Origin: Owenia fusiformis
Lineage: Eukaryota
Length of the DNA: 64,000 nt
Direction of reading: 5' to 3'
Assembly: GCA_903813345.2 (NCBI GenBank)
Contig: CAIIXF020000001.1
Coordinates: forward strand, 28,458,001-28,522,000
Shown: piece after piece, positions 37,434-49,893 of the stretch
Position numbering within the stretch: the first letter of the stretch is position 1
Layout: the number at the start of each line of letters is the position of its first letter
Position numbers and translations under genes: made by a program
Notes under the pieces: generated by a model
Databases searched by the model: none
What the model was told of the DNA's origin: nothing
What the model saw: only the letters and a program-made list of their open reading frames with translations

Positions 37434-38108
37434 TTAGTGTGTGTTTGATTTATTAGTGAGATCACAATAAACAATGACACTATCAATCCAACCGTAGTCC
37501 TTAACGTAAGATGTCTTGGGCAATCTTTCAATCAACTCCCATATCGGATTATCTCGACATGCCTTGATGACGGGAGCATTATTAACGTGTATCTCTCCCA
37601 AACAACCTTCATACCCGATTTCGTCTGCTAGTTCAGAGTAGAGTCGGTTCAATAATTTTATACAGCCCCTACCCCTGTATTCTTGGGTTACTATAAAATT
37701 GCTTCCAGCTAGAACGGGGTTTGAAGCTCTACTCAAACGCGACGGATAGATCGTGATCCCTCCAATTAATCTATCAGCATCTTGGTCAACTAGCGAAAAT
37801 ATTTGACCGCGGCTATGTTTTTCTTTGAAATGATCAAGGGAAAGAAAGTCATCGTGTCCATAACCTTGACCTCGGTGCATTGCGCCGTGAAATTGTGTAT
37901 AGATGTCACCTATTTGCTTCTCAGTTGCTGAATCAACCAGTACATTTGTCCCGTCTTTTAAGACAGTGTGTTTTGGAAGATTTGGAAGTTTCTTGTAGTC
38001 AGGAATTCTATGAAGGATCCGTCTTTGTATTATATTCACGAGGTGATGCCCTGGACGGTTCACAATCAGCCGCTGTGTGGAAGGATGACTGGCGATTCTC
38101 AATAACAT
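37434..38108 (-). CDS. GNAT N-acetyltransferase (Mpr1/Spt10-like), intronless, possible mitochondrial presequence
   Basis: Motif A NFIVTQEYRGRGC; LADEIGYEG..IHVNNAP..LPK..GWIDSVIVYCDL; the N-terminal ~37 aa are Arg/His-rich with no acidic residues. Confidence 0.8.
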   Translation of the reverse strand: MLLRIASHPSTQRLIVNRPGHHLVNIIQRRILHRIPDYKKLPNLPKHTVLKDGTNVLVDSATEKQIGDIYTQFHGAMHRGQGYGHDDFLSLDHFKEKHSRGQIFSLVDQDADRLIGGITIYPSRLSRASNPVLAGSNFIVTQEYRGRGCIKLLNRLYSELADEIGYEGCLGEIHVNNAPVIKACRDNPIWELIERLPKTSYVKDYGWIDSVIVYCDLTNKSNTH

Positions 38109-40395
38109 TGTCGTAATAAGTGTATGTTGCTTTGTTTGCTCGTTTGTTTGTTAGATCCAACTACTTCTCCTCGAAAGCATATCCAGTTTGAAATCAGGTC
38201 ATACGTAACTATGGTGTAATAAAATTTAATACTTGAAATTACCTCTGCTACTCAAGTTGTTTTAAATACGATGATCCAAGTCTCTCCAATGATTCAAACT
38301 GATGCGATTCCGATATGCTGTGTTTAGATGAACGTATGATCAACCGAATATTCAACCGGACAGCGGGACAGCGGTTAATGGCGTGTCATAAAGAAATGGC
38401 GAAAAGGATACTGCAATTGTACAGCGACCTTGACTAATCACTTGCGAATGTCTCTACGGCTCTACTAGACGAGTACAACTATATACAATATACATACATG
38501 ATACATGTAGGTCAAGTACCACCAGATAGACGTATCGAATCCTACTGTTACTGTTCATAACAGATAAAGAAAAATAAAGAGGTTCTAAAAATTTTATGAT
38601 ATTAGAATTGTATAAACGGCAACATTAATTAGAACCATGAATGCCAATATAGATTCATCGAGCCAATGATTTTTGAAAGTAAAAATTACATCAATTACAA
38701 ATGATGTAAGACGCCTAATTTTCTAATCATCAAAACCATGCAAAATCAATATGCAACCAATGCAATGCCGTTGACACATTTGCTCCGATCTTCAACCAAG
38801 ACGCCCGGCTGATGAATATTTTGCCATTACTGTGATCGCCATCGTCGAGCGACCTCGAGCGTTCAGTGTAATACGTAATGAAAAAGGGTAACCATCATCG
38901 GCCACTAAATTCCTAAGTTGCTGATGTACTTACAATATGCCACATGTAGATTATGTCACATAATTTTATCTGACATAATCAGTCAACATGTAGTCAGATT
39001 TATTTGATAGCATTTGGCCATTGGCTAAGGGCGATAGAAACAATTTTAAATAAAGATGGCATAGTTAAATCGATCTGTTAAAAGATAAATAGAATTCTGC
39101 AGCTGCTGCCATCTTTATATCGGACCAAAACCTATGCATCGGACCTACCTGCATACCACCGAATCATTCACCTGAGGAATATGTCAGACCATTTTAACCA
39201 TCTATTCAACTCATTTAAATATGAACCTGCCATCCTGAACCTGAATCCGTCAGCCAGCAGTTAAATTTGCGAATGCTACATTAGCTTCCCAACCTCTTTT
39301 GTTTACATTCGCCAACACGTGAAGAATATAGGAAAGTTGGGATAACTTTTTGAAGTTAAGAATTATTGAAGCCGATTTCACTTGTCGGCGACGGGTACTC
39401 TAGTCCTGATACGAACTGAGCAGGTCAGTGGCTATGCCGTTCGTAATATCTAGCTATTCATTACGGTAGCTTGAGTATCAAAATAGGTCAGACTTGACGA
39501 AAACAAGGATGTAGGATCGGTATCTCCACATTCCTTAATATCAGAGTTTGTTCATTTTTGATTACAAGTTAAATCCATCACCAGGTCAACACAACTATTA
39601 AACATATGTACAATACGTTTTTATAGCTGACAATAAAGGAATTGATGTTGCTCTATATTTTCAAAACCACTCCCACGTTAAAAATTAAAGTACGCTATGC
39701 AAACACACTTTTTTGGTATTTTAGAGCCTTTTAACCATACATGTACCAGCTCTATACTGAAGTTGTTTTAGACACCGCTTGTCATTTTTTGTAAACTACA
39801 TAAGCCTAATAGTGCAATCAAAGTTTTTGGCACGCATATGTAGTCTAATTTTAACATAGCTGCAAGGTAGTCATCGGTGGAAATTGACGTGAAGGGACGA
39901 AAGGTAGCTGGGAAACAGGACGGACTTGCCAGAAACAAACAACAAGCCACTAATTGGTATATATCGTTACACTATTCTTGGCTAGAGTATATACATTTTT
40001 GGGTAGATAGAAACAAGTTTATACTGTACGACCTTTGAGGAACTGCCAATCGTATTAGGTAAGGACATACTTTTTTATTTAAAAGACATGGTGTGAAGTA
40101 CAATACTATAATTTTATTTGAATACACTTTGGTTAAATATTACCGATGAAGTGGATAATGCCACATATTTCAAATTTAAAAACTATTAATTAGATTAAAA
40201 TAATTTTAAGATTAATAAGACCACCTTAACCATAAACCTTGCTAATGATATGGATTATGGTGTATTACGTACATCATGTGGGAACAATTTATAGAACACG
40301 AGATTGTCATTTTAGCATCTACGCTTATAATTACAATTATTTTATTTTCACTATGCTATAGAGGACATTTATTTATTACAGAACCCCACCCCGTC

Positions 40396-40527
40396 ATGGC
40401 ATCTTACGACCAGTTTGCTCAGTTCTACCGTGAAACGGACGCTGATAATAGCGGATATGTAGATAGTGATGAGCTCATAATGAAGTTGAAGAAATGTGGA
40501 TATAAAGGCAATGACAAACAAATAAAG
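40396..40527 (+). CDS. EF-hand gene, alternative first coding exon A
   Basis: MASYDQFAQFYRETDADNSGYVDSDELIMKLKKCGYKGNDKQIK, 132 nt, phase-0 donor AAG|GTGAGT. Confidence 0.8.
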
Positions 40528-42199
40528 GTGAGTGCTTGTCATCACTCGTTTTTAGCATTCTGATACTCATCACATCTTTCTGTTTCAAACTAGCGATATT
40601 CTACTTGAAGGGATCTGATATAAGGCTGTAAATGCAATTCTGAATGATCAGAGTCTCTCTTTATCTATTCAAAAGCTCTATTCCGACGGATGGTAGAGAC
40701 TATGGATCCCACACAGTGCTGTGAAGGCGTTTTTATTGTGTTCACTGGACCATGGAGATGATTTTTTATCTCCATGGAGATAGAATATGTGCTTGTACAT
40801 TTTTCTTTGCCAGTGTATTGCATAGAAATGGACCATGGGATAAAATTCAGTTCTCGCGGTCAGTCTAGTGCATTGTGAATTTATATAATTTCATTTTAAT
40901 TTTTCAATAATAAAATTGTTTCACAGTCGCTAGCAGTTTTGGGTCCATATCAAATTGTGACTGAAATTGTGATTTTTCTCAGTAAATTTATTTTTGGCAA
41001 ATGATCAGTGTTTGATGCATATCATTTGAGGGATCACGAATTGAAAATAAGGTATCTAATACAATCGGCTGTTTAGGATTACATAAATAAATCCTCTTAA
41101 TAAAAAACTAATTGAACACTGTCATGCTCCCATGGTTATTGTCTCATTGTACATGTCCTACGCACAAAATGGCACAATATAAACGTTTGGGGTAAATGAG
41201 GGCTTTCTATTTTTATTACTTACTGTATTCAGCTTACCTTTGTATGTGAAATTGTTGCTTGTTATTCAGCAGCGACTAAATGCTTATGAAAAACACTGTC
41301 AAAAACTTTCAAAGATTTTCCATTCATATTTAATTTCAAGCTATTTTCAATTTAGTGGCAGTTAATGAATGATCTGATTGTATCTCCCTTACAACAGGAA
41401 CTAAAGTATTGAAACTTCTCAATAAAGCAATAAATAAGGTTGTACCAAGGACAAGACATCACGTTTAAACATTTGTACTACTGTATTCAACAGGTCACGC
41501 AATTTGTCTTTAAATTTCAAAAAAATGAATTGACACAATACCAAAATGAGTTGGCGTTGCATTTTACGACACATAACACACACAAGCATAATATGAAGGA
41601 CGAGTGTTTCCCGAGGACTCGTTTATTCAAACCTTGTCACGACCATTCAGTCCCTCGTCGGTCAAATAAGTAGGATGTTCAGGCTACGAGCATCCAATTA
41701 GGCATCCCTTCTATATTTAACTGACATGGATTTACCATTATGATACCCCTAAATGTATGTCAGTGAAAAAAACATGGTATAATGTCATTTTGGAAAGGGA
41801 CAGAATATTGCAAGGTTTCCACTTTGGGAAAAACAAAGGTCCAGACTTTGCCCTGGAGTATAATTATAAAAAACATGTTGGCCCATGTATGGCAAGACTA
41901 TAATTACATGTACATTTATCTAATCAGTATGCATGAATATGCCCTGATGTTTTTGCTATTTTAAGATCTAATTACAATCAGCTTGGGAATGGGAACTCAT
42001 ATTTGCCTTATGATAACATGCCTAGCATATGGATTCTAGCTTTACCCCCCCCCCCTCTCCTAATGTTATTAGTGTTACAAAAATGGGAGATGGGGGATTT
42101 AAGACCAATCATTTATGTCATATCATATTTCACTATTTGAGTACTAATAAGCACATAATGCTCTTACTTGATATTTTTATAACCGGTTCTATTGTAATA

Positions 42200-42547
42200 T
42201 AGGGTGTCCAAAAAACAGGACCGAAGAAAAGTTGTTAACTCGGTCAGTGTTCAGGGCACTGATATTCTGCCTTGAAAATTTCAGAACTATTTAGTTCATT
42301 CAATGTGAATTTTGTTGTGAAAGTTTGATCTACCTATATATTGAGTCACAAACTACACATTACAAAACATGCTCCACGTGGGCCCCACTCTTCTGTATGT
42401 ACAATTGAATATAGAGAGAAGAGGTGCCCAATTGTAGCATGTTTTGAAAGGTAATGTAGTTTTTTATGCGACAGACAAAAATGAAATTTCAAGGCAGAAT
42501 TTTAAAGGCAGAATATGCAAGACTGACCGAATTTTTGACACCCAGTA
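42200..42547. mobile_element. Degenerate mariner-type MITE
   Basis: TAGGGTGTCCAAAAA ... TTTTTGACACCCAGTA plus internal inverted match ATTCTGCCTTGAAA / TTTCAAGGCAGAAT. Confidence 0.45.
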
Positions 42548-44249
42548 TCATGTCCTATTTAATCACTGTGTTAGAAAGATGTGATGAATATCGAAATGTT
42601 TTTTTGTGGTATTAAGAACCTGTTTTCGTAAAAATGGCAGTGGTAAAAAACATCCCACGCAAAGTGTTTTTCATCTAACTTAGAATAAAGTCAAACTTAG
42701 ACACCAGTTTATTTTGACCTATAGTCTAGAGTTGTGTACAAGTGAAAAATGAAATTGAAAGTCAAAGCAGATAGAAATGAGTTCTGCTACAGCATTCATA
42801 AAATGTGCTAAAATAACGGAACATCTGTCCAAGGACTTACATGATCTGTCACAGTTCTATTTTTAGTATTATTACAAGGGGTTTCTATTGAAACATTTTC
42901 AACTGTTACTGAAGTATCAATTATGTGTTAAGTGATTTAAAGCTTTGATAACAAAATAGTTTTTTAAGTGAAAGTAAACAATAGAGCATTTCCTTACAAT
43001 CCTCACATAAAATATTGCAAGCAAAAATCATTGTTGTTGGTACCGTCCGTCTATAATCTTTATTGCGCTTAAAAATTGGCCACTATTTTTTTTTGTTGAA
43101 GTCACCTCTGACTTATGGGTGATCCAGGATGATCGCCTAATCCGTATCATCATATTGAACACATATAGTACACATACCATCAAAGAAAATAAAGACTTCA
43201 CAATCTTAAGTAAATATGAACGTACATAGGTTGCCAAAGAAGTACTTATTTCACAAATCACATATTTTTGGGGTAATCAGATAGTACAAAACAACTAGAT
43301 GAAATCCCCCGCACCATAACACAACATTGTTAATAAGTAAACAAGACAGATAGTGATTAATAGTACCATGGGTACTGGGCTCACACAGTGGAAGACGGAA
43401 GTGCTTACAAAAGACCACTGTTGCACCTTTGGAAGCTATGTTTAGACTGAGGATTGAACGTGTAGTCTTAAAAGTGAGGTGCATGCAATATTTCAAGCAC
43501 ATTGATCAAACATTCTTAGACTTATACCAAGACAAGACTTAGACCAAGACATCATTTTTGACAAAAATATTGGTGGCAATTTTAAAACATTACAAACTTC
43601 TAGACATTACTGTTAATTTACTTGTACAATGCCTGTATAATTTCAAACAAATTCAAACATGACCGTGCTCTATTCGAATTTCTCAACCAATCAGAATGCA
43701 GCATAGCCAATATAGAACGTTCTCTAATTCTCCATAGATGCACGACCATGCTCTATTCAATCTGCAATTTGCATTGTTTTGAGTGACGTCACATCTCAGC
43801 TGCACATCTGGGGCTCTGTCCGGGGACAGCTGTTCTTTTTTACTCCCTGTTTTATCAACACCCCATGTTTGCATACACCGTATAAAATCCAAAACGGGGA
43901 GTAAAATAGAACAGCCCAAACAAATTCTAAAAATTTTCCGGCCGACTTCAGAATCTTGACAGCATGCGTATTCTTCCTTCATGCCCGTTCCACAGACACG
44001 GCTTTTACTAATTTTTATGTTTGAATCGGAATAAATAATGATAGAACCTTCGGTTCGTGCTTTGTACAACATTCTGTCCAACTCGTGCTGAATTTCACCA
44101 TATTGAATGGCCTATCATTATTTATTCCTTAATTAATGCACACCTTGATACAGTACTTTTGGAAATATAGCATGTCAAGGTAAAAGTGACGGCCATAAAG
44201 GCCGTCAAGTATAGATATCTAGTATTTTAATTGTCGTGGAGGATTTCAA

Positions 44250-44350
44250 ATGAGCCAAAATGCGTTGACAGACGGATAGATGGACGGACGGACAGACAGA
44301 CTAACAGTCAAGTGGGTGATTACAATAGCCCACACCATGTGAGCTAAAAA
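44250..44350. mobile_element. End of a Helentron/DINE-like non-autonomous repeat
   Basis: GACG/GACA microsatellite followed by a short hairpin AGCCCAC..GTGAGCT and an A-run; left boundary not determined. Confidence 0.4.
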
Positions 44351-45796
44351 GATGACAGTTTGCATTAACTCTGACATGACAGTGATCAACATGATTTTGT
44401 GGGCTGGGCATACGCATTTCATTAATATATACAAGTATAGCGGCCGTCTCGACTTGTATACGTGATCACTTTGTAATATTCCAAGTCCATGAAGTCTGCT
44501 ATCTCGTGATTAACGTTTAACCAGAGTCATTTTGACATTTTGATTAGACGATATAAGTTTAATAATGTTATTAATGATCACATATGATTCAAGCCTCGAT
44601 ATATCCATGATTAATTCTCACTCAACTCCAATTTATTTATGGATAAGTACACTATTCACAACATGTGTGCTATCAAGTTAAACTCCGTTTTTATGAAAAC
44701 CATGCAAAGCCAAGACTGGGAAAAACATTATCAAACCACACTTCCCAGTCAATCAAGCGGCTGCATTAAAGAAATTAATCTTCTCTGGACAGTCTGTGTG
44801 TGGGGGAGTAGGTCTTTGGATGACTTAGGCCTCTGTATTTTTCGGAACAAGGTGTCTATTGTTTTATCGATAGAATTCCTTCGGGTCATGCTATACTGTT
44901 TGACGTACACCTTAAAACGTGTTCAAAATGATGCAACTCACCATTCAGTTACAGATGGTGCAAATCCTAATTAGTCATGTATTATTGGGGCCTTTAATTA
45001 AAATTGAGATTGTGTTATTGTTTTATGTTAATGGCTACTGGCGGTGACCTCGTGTATTATTATATGAGGGCAACATATCTTAGTCACCGGTTCTTTGCTC
45101 AGTGATTGTGTTTTGAGGGATCGCTCGAGTTGTCTGCATCATACACTCAAAGTGATTTACAGCTTTGTCCTTTGACATCAGACGATCATATTTTTTAGCA
45201 CTTTCATTTTGGTTCATGTTCTACGAACAGAAACTCTATACAGTATGAAAATATTTTTTAACATTTCAACCTTTAAACCCACTTATAACTGGAAAACTAG
45301 TAAATAGTAAGCATATATCAATTATACTTTTCATCCTAGTGACTGAACATTTTTTGGTTACATTATCTCTGCTCTTGATTTATCTGTTTATCAAATGGTC
45401 CTGTGCTTACGCCGGCTGCCACGTGAGTCTGGGGTGATTGCCTGAGCGAATTGTCTGGCGGTGTGTCTGAACAAGGGACGTTTGGAGAACATTTGTGGAC
45501 TTCCGAAACACAAGAGTGAGAGAGTTGAATCAGTTGACCAGGCTATAAGTGAATTGGTGTCTATTCTTGAATAGAATAATCAACTGCAAGATACATGTAA
45601 CGGAGCATAACTGGAGGCTAGCAAAGGATATAATTACAAAGGGAAGTTTTTTGGCAGAATTATTACCATTGTCACACAAAGTCGGGGAGTGTAGAAAGAA
45701 TGATCGAGAAACAGTCAAGGTCAGGTGAACAACCTTGGATGCTCAAACAACTAACCAAAACCTGATGTGATCAACTGGACATTCAGATAAGTGGAC

Positions 45797-45841
45797 GTTA
45801 CCATAGCAACCACAAGGAAAACTAATCGTTACCATGGCGAC
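45797..45841. promoter_or_regulatory. Two RFX X-box-like motifs at the start of exon B
   Basis: GTTACCATAGCAAC (45797-45810) fits the GTNRCC-N0-3-RGYAAC consensus; GTTACCATGGCGAC (45828-45841, one mismatch) overlaps the ATG. Confidence 0.5.
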
Positions 45842-45965
45842 TTACGAGATGTTTGTGGAGTTTTTCCGTGAGGCAGATACGCATAACCATGGTTACCTAT
45901 CGCTGGATGATGTAGTTGCTAAACTAAGGCAGTGTGGATACAGGGGATCAGAGAGGCAAATTAAG
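45834..45965 (+). CDS. EF-hand gene, alternative first coding exon B (not in the ORF track)
   Basis: ACCATGG start; MATYEMFVEFFREADTHNHGYLSLDDVVAKLRQCGYRGSERQIK, 132 nt like exon A; phase-0 donor AAG|GTACAC. Confidence 0.8.
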
Positions 45966-48243
45966 GTACACACAAATGACTAGCTTTGGGGGAGATTGGT
46001 CTTTTCGTCACATCCGAGCAGAATCTATCATCCTACAAGTCAATTTGGAAGGATAAATACAGACGGGCAACTAGTAAGTGCCTACGTGCACTGGTATTTT
46101 CCTAAATTTAAATATTTCCAATGGTTGTAATTCTTTCATACATGCAACCAGTGCTGCCTAATGCCGGGGCATGTCGAGATGGGGGGGGGGGGCATCGTTA
46201 TCATCTTGTGATTTGAATGTTAACTAGCGACACTTCAGAGTTTGGTGAATGATCCAATTGACAGCTAACCCTAAACCAAACACCATTAATTAACCCATAA
46301 AACTGTGCCTGATCGTCGATGAAGTGTTTATTCAGATATAAACAACTCTTAGTTTTTAAATTACAATACTCTTGTCACAGTGACCCTCAGCTCGGGTGTT
46401 TATGAAGAACATATGTCTGTAGTAATCTTGCTTGTTTTAGGCATACATACAGTTGAAGATATCATTCTGTGATCACATCATTTTCAATTTCATTTTGAAA
46501 TTCCTGGAATTGCTTATATCACTTTTCAATCAGTAATATGCTTTAACTACACTATACTAATGGTTTTTCAACATTTTTTACTTAAGTTACTTACACGCCT
46601 GCCAAAGACAGGTTTATGAAAAAAGGAAAAGGGAACTAAATAGAAAGGTACAAATATATAAGCAGCCTCATAAACTGCCATCATTCTAAAATACGGATCA
46701 ACTGCATCTGAGCATTCAATTCACCTCATTGGCATAACTTAGTATCTTCATCCTAATAAACAAAAAACATGTTTCTAGAAATCTGTGACAGGGTCATTCT
46801 CATCCCAAAACCAAATTACGTCAGAGTCATTGGGGTGCCATGGTAAACTTGTTTCTTCTGAAGTATTGCGCAAGACAGAAAATGTCAGAATGAACATCAG
46901 AATGAAGTCATGGCAAGTAACACGTCTTCCCCTTTGGTAGTCCAACCTGTTTGAGTCGAACCTAATGTAGAACCAGAATGCTAATGTTTAGAGCCACTTC
47001 TAAGAACATACTGTATGAAAACCAACAGGCTATAATTAAAACTTGTTTCGAATTATGATATACCGGTTTACCATTCATTTCACTTTCATGTTCTTTTAAA
47101 ATTCAATTTTATTTAATAAATGGTTTTTACTTTTCGTTTAAATCATGTAAATGTTGAATATACATTTATCAAATCTAAGACCGACGAATTGAAAACATGA
47201 GGACAAGAGTTGCTTTCACCAGTCTTCTTTATTTGTTCATTAACCTGTATGTGTCACCCGTGTCCATCATGTTTGACGAATGGTTTTCTTCATTTTTTAT
47301 TACACATCTGAACACTTGATTGTAAATTTTGTTTTAGATGCATTTGAAGGGCTAGCGTGTGCATTTATTGACAAAGCATGTATGAAAGTTAAACATGACA
47401 AGGTGACTTAGAACTCACCATACTCGTATCTATTGCTGAAATAAAACTTTTGATCCAATTGTCTAGTAAAACAGTAAATATAAAAACCACAAAATATGCC
47501 CTTAGTACTTACTTTAACCAAAATTTACACATCAATATTTTTTAAATACTATCTGAGCAAAGAGTACATAGAAAGGAGGCTTGCCATTTACACCCATCAC
47601 GAGGCCGGGTAAGTCGAAGTCGCGGCGCTTTTTGGAATAAGGTCATCTAATAATATGTGTAAATAAAATTCAAAATGTTGCACTTCAAAATGTGGTACTA
47701 AGAATTATACTAGGAAGTAAAAGGGGAACTTCCAGCGCATCAACTTCCTTCTTGTTGACACTTTTCATCAACAATGGAATGACCATCATCAATTACTTCT
47801 TGTACCTCAACGACAATGTAGCACTGTTTTGTTAACCTACGAGTGGTGACCAAAAAGTGATAGGACGACAATAGGACGAAAATACTACAAGTTTTCCACT
47901 TAGCCAAATCGGTGTGCAAGCAGGGTGCCTATTTTAACCCGATCTCCTTCCTTTCCGGCGCCGCACGATTCATCTCAGTGTCGAGTCGCTGATGAGAAGT
48001 GTTGTTGGCTTGCATCGGCCTGAGTTTGACATGTTACTTCCTCCGACATAACTATCGCAGTGATTTTGGCCTTGACTTAACCTAAGTATTGTAATTTAGT
48101 GTAATATTTTTGACACATGTTCAAGAACATTTAACATTTAGTTACGTCTCACCATGCATTCAATATTGCCAAAACGATAGTTTCCTCCGTTTTATTATTA
48201 AACAAGTTGCCAGTTGACAAAAGTAAGACATTTGGAAACAAAC

Positions 48244-48432
48244 ATGTCGGAACAACACTGGGAAGCTAACATGTCTGAGCAGGATCCAGCGAAAGGTCCT
48301 ATGTTTGAATATGAACAATATGCTGGTTTTTTCCGTGAAGCTGATAGAAATGCCGATGGGTATATCACATGTAATGAACTAGGTATGCAATTAGATTCTG
48401 TGGGATACTTCGTCGAGGAAGCGGATTTAAAG
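48244..48432 (+). CDS. EF-hand gene, alternative first coding exon C
   Basis: MSEQHWEANMSEQDPAKGPMFEYEQYAGFFREADRNADGYITCNELGMQLDSVGYFVEEADLK; phase-0 donor AAG|GTAATG; start ATG uncertain. Confidence 0.75.
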
Positions 48433-49722
48433 GTAATGATATTGTTCAAAAAATGTTCAAAAACCATATCAAAGGCGTTTTACGATTTCTAGTATGATAC
48501 TGAAAATTTCATCTCGAAAAGTTGAGACTTCAATAATAATTTGAAAAATAAACTCCCAGGCACTCTCTGTATTTGACCGAATGAGTTGTCCTTACATTAA
48601 GCCTGGCCTCTTTTTTAACTTATATATAAAAATATGTTCCGAGACTTGAGAATTAGTATGCAATGTCACTAAAATTGGAAACTTCTGATTGGGTCAGGAG
48701 GGAGTCTCGCGAGTTACCCGGATATGACCGGGCAAAAGCCTAGATTCGGGTGTTTTTTCTTGCTATTTCAATGAAAATATGAAAAAAATCGATGAAATGA
48801 TCGATACTGACCATGCAAATGTTGAGGATTTTATAATGGTACGAATGATGTCTAAGACCGGAATACCTGCACAAATTCTTTTAAGTGCATGTGATCTTCG
48901 AATTCTATAATAAGAGCTATCAGTTATACTGAGCACAGGGTTTATTTTAAGACGAATCTTTTAAGAAGCAGAGTAAAAAATATCCAAAGGGTAGCCAGCG
49001 TTTGCGCAGTCGCCTTGGCCTCGTGTCATTCCAAGCAAAACTAGCAAACTGATCGTGAAAAGAAAGACTAGTTCCTTTACTTTTCATGAGTATCATTCAC
49101 AAAAGATCTTGTCCAAAATGAGAAAGATGTAGAAGGTGTGATTTACCAATTTCCCTAACTTAGTTTTATCACGCTTTAATAATCAAATAATTTGGCAATG
49201 GGACAGCATCTTTTCCATTCAATCGAGGTTGGGCCATACAGCCGGAATGAGATGGTTTATTGCTGGTTTCATCCGCTTCAAACTGGATTATGAATGCAGT
49301 CAAGATGTCAAGCTAGCTATGTGTAGTGAATGTGCGAATGATTGTTCTTGCAATGCATGTTTTCCCTGATATGTATGGTCACACGACTTGGCGTTGCATG
49401 CATCTTTCACTCAAGGTGAAGGTCACTCATGGTACCAATGAGTGAAAATGCAAGACAATATGCATAGTCTCTCATGCTTCTCTGCTACTTAGAGACAGAA
49501 TGGATCCCAGGCCAATGCACTCTGGTAAGCATGTTGCCACCTGACTCGGATGCCGGTGACACAATTGGATCCAATCTAAAGGTAGAACCCTACCCTGCAC
49601 GCAGGCTCTAGTTATAAACTACTAAAAGAAGTGAAGTCAAACGAATGCAAAAGGTATAGCCTATGGGTTTCTTCTTTTTTGTCTACATAGAGTTGCCTGA
49701 TTCAGTGGACTGGTGGTTCTGG

Positions 49723-49893
49723 CAAGGGCGTTACAATACCCGGGAATTTATCGGTTCGTGCAGTACTTGTTTGTGATAGCGCCATCTGCAGGTCACTGTG
49801 GTTATAGCCTACATTTATGCGTGCGCGCGCAGCTCGTCCACTGAACGAAACGCCACTTCCCGCTGAAATCACCGGGTATTGATCTTTCCCTTG
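49723..49893 (-). mobile_element. CAAGGG-ended element with 7-bp TSD, minimal 171-bp copy 3
   Basis: Both family termini joined directly; TSD GTTCTGG. Confidence 0.9.
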
